DNA of 64,000 nt, from NCBI GenBank assembly GCA_039586795.1, contig JBDHJS010000004.1:1-64000 (forward strand). The letters run 5' to 3'. The notes below the pieces were generated by a model. The model saw nothing but the letters and a program-made list of their open reading frames with translations. It ran no database searches and was not told where the DNA came from. Source of the DNA: Gemmatimonadota bacterium. GTDB lineage: Bacteria; Gemmatimonadota; Gemmatimonadetes; Palauibacterales; KS3-K002. Positions 58,085-64,000 of this stretch are shown here, piece after piece. The translations under genes and the position numbers were made by a program. Each line of letters opens with the position of its first letter. Within the stretch, counting starts at the first letter, position 1.

Positions 58085-59490
58085 TGCCGGACGACAGCGG
58101 GCGCAAAGCCCATACGCGACCGTACGACAGTGTACTCGATGTGATTGGCTGGACGCCCCTAATCCGGCTGAAGTCGGTGGTCAATGGAGCGGTCACACCC
58201 GTCTACGGAAAGATGGAGGCGATGAACCCGGGCGGGTCGGTGAAGGACCGGATAGGCATCGCGATGATCGAGGCTGCCGAACAGGCGGGTATTCTGAAGC
58301 CCGGTGGCGTCATCGTGGAGGGCACGGCGGGGAATACTGGCGTTGGGCTGGCGATCGCCGCATGCGTGAAGGGCTATCGATGCATCTTCACCATGCCGGA
58401 CAAATTCAGCCAGGAGAAGATCAGGCTGATGCGAGCCTTCGGCGCACAGGTGATCATCACGCCGACGGCGGTGCCGCCGGACCATCAAGACAATTACCTG
58501 AACGTGGCCCGACGCATCGTAGAAGAGACACCGGGCGCCATCATGGCGGACCAGTTCTACAACCAGGCGAACCCGGAAGCCCACTATCAGACCACTGGAC
58601 CGGAGATCTGGGAGCAGACGGAAGGTCGCGTCACTCATTTCGTCGGTGCCGCCGGCACGGGCGGAACGCTGACCGGGATCGCCCGTTACTTGAAGGAACG
58701 TAACCCGGCCGTGAAAGTGATTGCCGGTGACCCGGCCGGCTCGATATACGTGCACTATCACGAGCACGGTGAAATAGGGCCGCACGCGCCGTACATGGTG
58801 GAGGGCGTTGGCAACGACCGCATACCCACGACGCTCGATTTCGAGCTCGTGGATGAGTTTCGCTCGGTCGAGGACAGGCACTCCCTCAACATGGCGCGGC
58901 GTATTACGCGAGAGGAAGGCCTGTTCGTCGGCGGCTCATCGGGCCTGAACACCTTCGTGGCGGTTCAGCTAGCTCGCGAGCTGAACGACCCTGAAGCGCT
59001 GATCGTTGCCCTGCTGCCCGATACGGGCGAGCGCTACCTGTCCAAGCTGTATAATGACGAGTGGATGCAGGAGAATCGTCTACTTGGCCGGGAGACGGCC
59101 ACGATCGATGTCGTCCTGCAGCAGAAGCGACGCGAGATTCCTCAGCTGATCGCCGTGGCGCCCGATACATCTGTGAGGCAGGCGCTTGGACTGATCGAGG
59201 ACAACAACGTGTCGCAGCTACCTGTACTGCAGGAGCGTGAGTGTGTCGGCTCTGTATCCGAGTCTGGACTGATGTCGCGTCTGGTTCAAGATCCGGAACT
59301 TATCGACATGCCGGTCGAGGGCGTAATGGAAACCCCGTTCCCGATTGTCGAGGTTGATGATGATTTCGATCTCGTTACCCGGGAGTTGAGCGGCGGCCGA
59401 TCAGCGGTTCTGATCCGCGCGCAAGGCGAACCAGCCGGGATCATTACGCGATTCGATCTCGTGCATTACCTGATCGGCTTTGGTCATTAA
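58081..59490 (+). CDS. Cystathionine beta-synthase-like PLP enzyme with CBS domains
   Basis: NPGGSVKDR, GTAGNTG, GTGGT, DTGERYLSK, C-terminal CBS pair. Confidence 0.9.
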   Translation: MMPDDSGRKAHTRPYDSVLDVIGWTPLIRLKSVVNGAVTPVYGKMEAMNPGGSVKDRIGIAMIEAAEQAGILKPGGVIVEGTAGNTGVGLAIAACVKGYRCIFTMPDKFSQEKIRLMRAFGAQVIITPTAVPPDHQDNYLNVARRIVEETPGAIMADQFYNQANPEAHYQTTGPEIWEQTEGRVTHFVGAAGTGGTLTGIARYLKERNPAVKVIAGDPAGSIYVHYHEHGEIGPHAPYMVEGVGNDRIPTTLDFELVDEFRSVEDRHSLNMARRITREEGLFVGGSSGLNTFVAVQLARELNDPEALIVALLPDTGERYLSKLYNDEWMQENRLLGRETATIDVVLQQKRREIPQLIAVAPDTSVRQALGLIEDNNVSQLPVLQERECVGSVSESGLMSRLVQDPELIDMPVEGVMETPFPIVEVDDDFDLVTRELSGGRSAVLIRAQGEPAGIITRFDLVHYLIGFGH

Positions 59491-59514
59491 AGACCTCCAA
59501 AGTAGGGACGCTCT

Positions 59515-60543
59515 GTGAAGATTGCGGTGTTGATGGGGGGGACGAGCGCTGAGCGGGACGTGTCGATGTCGACGGGCCGTGGGATCGCCCAGGCGCTTCA
59601 GGGGAACGGACACGAGGTCATCGCGATCGACGCCGCCGGCGGTGTGCTCGTCAGTCTGGGCGAGCCGGCCGACGGGATCGGGCGCGCGCCACCGGAGCGG
59701 GACGAACTGATCCGCCTGGCCGAGGGTTCGCTGGCGGCCCGCCTCCGGGATCTTCCCGAGATGCGCGACATCGATGTTGTATTCGTCGCGCTACACGGTG
59801 GCGCCGGCGAAGACGGGCGAGTGCAGGCGATGCTCGACCTTGTCGGAACGCCCTACACGGGAAGCGGTCCCTTGGGTAGCGCGCTGGCGATGGATAAGCT
59901 GGTCAGCAAGGATCTGTTCGTGAGCGGCGGCGTCCCAACACCGCCCTGGCTGGTGGGTAGAGTCGGCGTGGAGCAGATCGAAGCTGGCTTGGGTGGCTTT
60001 CCGGTTGTGGTGAAGCCTTCGCACGAGGGTTCGACGGTTGGCGTGAGTGTGGTGAAGAGTGCCAGGGACCTGGAGGATGCGTTCGATCGCGCGGAGGCGT
60101 TTGACGGTCCGGCCCTCGTCGAGCGGTTCATACCAGGTCGAGAGCTGGCGGTAGGTGTACTTGGAGGCGAGGTGCTTCCGATCGTCGAGATCTGCCCGAA
60201 GCACGAGATCTACGACTACGAGTGCAAGTATACCAAAGGGATGTCCGAGTACCTGGTCCCGGCGCCGCTTTCTGATGAGCTAACAGCGGAGGTGCAGGAT
60301 CTCGCGTTGAAGGCGCACGGCGTTCTGCGGCTGTCGGTGTACAGCCGTGTTGACTTTCGGCTCGATGAGAATGGGCAGGCCTGGTGCCTGGAAGCGAACT
60401 CGTTGCCCGGCATGACCGCGACCAGCCTTCTGCCTAAAGCTGCAGCGGCTCGGGGCATAGAGTTCCCGGCCCTATGTGACCGCATAGCACGGTTGGCCTT
60501 GCGTGAGGAGCATGAAGGAACTGACGCCGCGGGCATGGGTTAG
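59515..60543 (+). CDS. ddl: D-alanine--D-alanine ligase
   Basis: GGTSAERDVS, LHGGAGEDG, EGSTVG, YDYECKY, EANSLPG. Confidence 0.95.
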   Translation: MKIAVLMGGTSAERDVSMSTGRGIAQALQGNGHEVIAIDAAGGVLVSLGEPADGIGRAPPERDELIRLAEGSLAARLRDLPEMRDIDVVFVALHGGAGEDGRVQAMLDLVGTPYTGSGPLGSALAMDKLVSKDLFVSGGVPTPPWLVGRVGVEQIEAGLGGFPVVVKPSHEGSTVGVSVVKSARDLEDAFDRAEAFDGPALVERFIPGRELAVGVLGGEVLPIVEICPKHEIYDYECKYTKGMSEYLVPAPLSDELTAEVQDLALKAHGVLRLSVYSRVDFRLDENGQAWCLEANSLPGMTATSLLPKAAAARGIEFPALCDRIARLALREEHEGTDAAGMG

Positions 60544-60572
60544 GGTAGAGAAGGATACGCAGCTAACGATGA

Positions 60573-61466
60573 GTGGTGTGGATGTACGGACAGGAACAGC
60601 GAGTAACGTTCGGCTTCGGCTTTAGACTGACGCCATGGGTGAAACGACTGATCATCGCCAATGCGGTGATCTACGTCGTCATGTGGATTGGCGGTGACAC
60701 AGGCTGGCTGTCAGCGGATCTCATAATCCGGTATTTCGCTTTCACGCCAGCAGAGGCATATCTGAAGCCGTGGACACTGGTGACCTACATGTTCCTGCAC
60801 GGCGGCTTTCTGCACGTCCTTATCAATATGTTGATGCTCTTTTTCTTCGGCCCGCCGCTGGAGTCACGCTGGGGCGGGCGGGAGTTCATCAAGTATTACT
60901 TGATCTGCGGGGTTGCCGGCGCCGTTCTTAGCCTGATAACACTGATCACACCTCTTGGGCTCGGGGGCGCCACCTCACCGATTGTCGGTGCCTCCGGTGC
61001 GATATTCGGCGTCATGTTGGCGTACGCGCTCAACTGGCCGGACGCCTTGATCTGGATCTATGCGATCTTCCCGGTGAAAGCGAAGTACGTCGTGATGTTC
61101 CTCGGTATCATGACCTTCATATTTGCGTTTCGGTCGCAGTCGGACGGCATAGCTCACTTCGCACACCTGGGTGGGCTGGTTGCCGGTCTTCTCTACCTGA
61201 AGCGGGGTTGGCGTTTACAGCTTCAGTGGGAGAGCCTCAAGAAGAGATTGAGGCGGCGGAAACTCTCGGTGGTTCCCGGTGGTGCCGACGCCCAGGAGAA
61301 TCGCCGATCCGCCAAGGCCGATGAAGAGAAGCGGATACTGGAGGTCGTCGACAAACTCCTGGACAAGATCGCCGCTCAGGGGATCGAGTCGCTGACGCCG
61401 GAAGAACGTCGCTTCCTAGATGATGTCTCCAAGCGCCGTCAGGCCCAACACCAGGTCCGCCACTAG
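60573..61466 (+). CDS. Rhomboid-family intramembrane serine protease
   Basis: HGG..H..NM, GASG, AHLGG; C-terminal LLDKI..GIESLT..E tail. Confidence 0.92.
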   Translation: MVWMYGQEQRVTFGFGFRLTPWVKRLIIANAVIYVVMWIGGDTGWLSADLIIRYFAFTPAEAYLKPWTLVTYMFLHGGFLHVLINMLMLFFFGPPLESRWGGREFIKYYLICGVAGAVLSLITLITPLGLGGATSPIVGASGAIFGVMLAYALNWPDALIWIYAIFPVKAKYVVMFLGIMTFIFAFRSQSDGIAHFAHLGGLVAGLLYLKRGWRLQLQWESLKKRLRRRKLSVVPGGADAQENRRSAKADEEKRILEVVDKLLDKIAAQGIESLTPEERRFLDDVSKRRQAQHQVRH

Positions 61467-61555
61467 CCCTCACCTCCCGGCATCACCGCACCTGTCGTTC
61501 CATGTGGGGGACGACGATACGTCGTCAGTCGGAAGTCGTTCGCCGAATTGGATTT

Positions 61556-61590
61556 GAGCGTCGAGCGGCGGCTGTCGGCTGTCCGCTGTC
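61556..61590. repeat. 7-nt tandem repeat
   Basis: gagcgtc gagcggc ggctgtc ggctgtc cgctgtc. Confidence 0.7.
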
Positions 61591-61639
61591 GAAAATGTGC
61601 CCGGACCTACGGTCCGGGCTCCACCAAGTCGAACGTGCC

Positions 61640-61668
61640 TTGACTCGGTTCCTCACGGGAAATACGAT
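61640..61668 (+). promoter_or_regulatory. Sigma70 promoter of the EF-G paralogue
   Basis: TTGACT-N17-TACGAT. Confidence 0.7.
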
Positions 61669-61710
61669 TCCGCTCCCAACTACAACCCAGCAGAGCCACG
61701 GAGGCGGCAC

Positions 61711-63810
61711 TTGGCAGCCAAGACTTATTCCACCGATGCGATCCGCAACGTCGTGTTCCTTGGTCACGGCGGGACCGGCAAGACCACGCTGGTAGACGGT
61801 ATTTGCTTCTCCGCCGGGGCGAGCAGCCGTAAGGGCGTGGTCACGGAGGGCACGGCGATCACCGATTTCACGGCCGAGGAGAAGGACCACGGAATCTCGA
61901 TCAGCATGTCGGTCGCGCACGTCGACTGGAAGGGCACCAAGCTCAATCTGATCGATACGCCTGGGTTCCTCGACTTTTCGGGCGACGCCGTCGCCGGGGT
62001 CCGAGTGGCCGATGGTGCGGCGATTCTGGTGGACGCCACCGCCGGAGTGCTGGTCGGTACGGAAAACGTCTGGGGATACTGCGAAGACCGGGGGATTCCC
62101 AGGGTGTTCGTCGTCTCAATGATGGACAAAGAGAACGCGAATTTCGATTCGGTCCTTAACCAGATCCGTGAGGAATTCTCCAAGGACGCTGCGCCGCTCG
62201 AGATCCCCATCGGTTTGGGCGACGGATTCAAAGGGGTCGTTGACTTGCTGTCCGGCAAGGCGCGAATCTTCAACCCCAAGTCCCAAAAGGGTGAGTACAA
62301 GGAAGAAGACATACCCGCCGACATGCAGGATGCCTACGCCAGCGCCTACCAGGAGCTCGTCGAGGCGATCGCAGCGACGGATGATGCCCTGATGGAGGAG
62401 TACTTCGAGAAAGAGACGATCGAGCCGAGTCGTGCGGCAGAGGCCTTGAAGGCAGCGATGAAGCAGGGGCTTATCTTCCCCGTCGTTTGCGCGTCACCGG
62501 AGAAGGGGTTTGGCACGCGCGGTCTCATGGAGCGGTTGGTCGAAATCATGCCGAGCCCGGCCGAAGCAGTCCATGAAGTTGCCGACGAGGGCGGCAAAGA
62601 GGTCGAGCTCAAGACAACCGACGATGCACCACTCGCCGCACTCGTGTTCAAGACCACATCAGAGCCGCACGTCGGCGAGCTCTCGTATTTCAGGATCTTT
62701 TCCGGGATGGTGAAGGGTGGCGACATAGCCAATAACCCGGCCCGAGGTGGAAGCGAGAAGCTGGGGCATCCGGGCATACCGCAGGGCAAAGACCGGGAAG
62801 AGGTCGAACATCTGCACGCCGGCGACATCGGTGTGGTCGCCAAGTTGCACGATACACATACGGGTGACACGCTTTCGGGAAACGGCCGTGAGCTCGTACT
62901 CAATGGTATCAACTTCCCCGAAGCAGATTTCGCGATCGCGGTAAGATCAGCGAAGCGCGGCGAGGAGGACAAAGTCTCAACGGGATTGCACAAGATCCAC
63001 GAGGAGGACCCGACCTTCGTGGCGGCGTATGACGCGGAACTGGGGCAGACCATAGCTCACGGCATGGGCGAGCAGCATCTGCAATTGGCTATCGAACGTC
63101 TCAAGCGCCGTTGGGGCGTCGAGGTGGAGACCGAGCCACCGCGGATCCCGTACAGAGAGACTTTCACGAGGACCGCCGAGGGGCAGGGTCGCTACAAGAA
63201 GCAGACGGGCGGTCGCGGTCAGTTCGGTGATTGCTGGGTCCGCCTCAGCCCGCTGCCCGCGGGGAGCGGCTACGAGTTCGTCAACAAGATCGTCGGCGGT
63301 GTGATCCCGGGTAAGTTCATTCCGTCGGTTGACAAGGGCGTGCAGGAGGCGGCGCAGCGAGGCGTGGTGGCAGGATATCCGATGGTCGACTTCCAGGCGG
63401 AAGTCTACGACGGCTCTCACCACTCCGTGGACTCGTCCGATATCGCGTTCAAGGTGGCCGGCACGCTGGCGTTCAAGAACGTGGCGGCTGACGCGGGGCC
63501 GATCTTGCTGGAGCCGATATACGAGGTAGAGATCACGGTGCCCGAGGAATACATGGGCGACGTGATGGGTGATATGAATCAGCGGCGTGGCAAGATTATG
63601 GGCATGGAACCGCAAGGCAGGAAGCAGGTCGTCAAAGCTCAGGTGCCGCTGGCCGAGATGTACAAATACTCGTCTACTCTGCGCTCGATATCACAGGGCC
63701 GGGGAAGCCACAAGATGACGTTTGTCGCCTACGAGCAGGTTCCGCCCAACGTTGCGGAGAAGATCGTCGAAGAGGCCAAGGCGCGCGAGGAGGAAGAGGC
63801 GAAGAAGTAG
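61711..63810 (+). CDS. fusA: Elongation factor G paralogue (EF-G2-like)
   Basis: IRN..GKTT, DTPG, GMGEQHL, KQTGGRGQFG, DGSHHSVDSS; GGAGG before TTG 61711. Confidence 0.92.
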   Translation: MAAKTYSTDAIRNVVFLGHGGTGKTTLVDGICFSAGASSRKGVVTEGTAITDFTAEEKDHGISISMSVAHVDWKGTKLNLIDTPGFLDFSGDAVAGVRVADGAAILVDATAGVLVGTENVWGYCEDRGIPRVFVVSMMDKENANFDSVLNQIREEFSKDAAPLEIPIGLGDGFKGVVDLLSGKARIFNPKSQKGEYKEEDIPADMQDAYASAYQELVEAIAATDDALMEEYFEKETIEPSRAAEALKAAMKQGLIFPVVCASPEKGFGTRGLMERLVEIMPSPAEAVHEVADEGGKEVELKTTDDAPLAALVFKTTSEPHVGELSYFRIFSGMVKGGDIANNPARGGSEKLGHPGIPQGKDREEVEHLHAGDIGVVAKLHDTHTGDTLSGNGRELVLNGINFPEADFAIAVRSAKRGEEDKVSTGLHKIHEEDPTFVAAYDAELGQTIAHGMGEQHLQLAIERLKRRWGVEVETEPPRIPYRETFTRTAEGQGRYKKQTGGRGQFGDCWVRLSPLPAGSGYEFVNKIVGGVIPGKFIPSVDKGVQEAAQRGVVAGYPMVDFQAEVYDGSHHSVDSSDIAFKVAGTLAFKNVAADAGPILLEPIYEVEITVPEEYMGDVMGDMNQRRGKIMGMEPQGRKQVVKAQVPLAEMYKYSSTLRSISQGRGSHKMTFVAYEQVPPNVAEKIVEEAKAREEEEAKK

Positions 63811-63811
63811 T

Positions 63812-63881
63812 GCGGTAAACGGTAAGCCGTAGGCGGTAAGCGGTGGACTCGAACTACTGCTTACCGCTTACTGTTTACTGT
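63812..63881. repeat. Palindromic array of 7-nt units
   Basis: gcggtaa acggtaa gccgtag gcggtaa gcggtgg / actcgaa / ctactgc ttaccgc ttactgt ttactgt. Confidence 0.85.
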
Positions 63882-63947
63882 CTCACCTAGCAGAGGTATT
63901 TTTCGGGTGTCGAAATCTTAACCAGAACCATCACACAGGGATCGCCC

Positions 63948-64000
63948 ATGGCCGGCCACAACAAGTGGTCGCAAATCAAGCGCAAGAAAGCTGCCGAAGA
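63948..64000 (+). CDS. YebC/PmpR-family protein (3' partial)
   Basis: MAGHNKWSQIKRKKAAE. Confidence 0.9.
   Translation, partial: MAGHNKWSQIKRKKAAE

Noticed and set aside
63812..63881. CRISPR-like array
   Set aside because: Units are 7 nt with no spacers; no cas genes in the window

Overview
GC-rich, gene-dense chromosomal window with mostly housekeeping genes: tyrS, folK, aroB, folE, nadA, sdaA, holA, mutS, ddl, an EF-G paralogue, tRNA-Arg(TCG), RNase P RNA and a probable 6S RNA. Gene style suggests a Gemmatimonadota-like bacterium (inference only). No integrase, transposase, prophage or CRISPR array was seen. Most interesting items: (1) a four-gene minus-strand cluster of two Ddl-like ATP-grasp ligases, a GNAT and a lysine 2,3-aminomutase-type radical SAM enzyme, separate from the canonical ddl, whose first gene seems to start at a non-canonical ATA; (2) a probably leaderless His/Cys-rich ORF ending in an RGPP arrest-like motif directly upstream of a porin / metal-ABC operon and divergent from a ZIP transporter; (3) intergenic 7-nt-period repeat elements, two of which sit directly after the stop codons of convergent genes as inverted copies around the tRNA; (4) an NYN-LOTUS-LOTUS-disordered-HhH protein; (5) three junctions where conserved coding sequence is missing (about 670, 16555 and 17518), which may be assembly artefacts or real deletions. 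All family calls come from motif recognition by eye; no searches were run.
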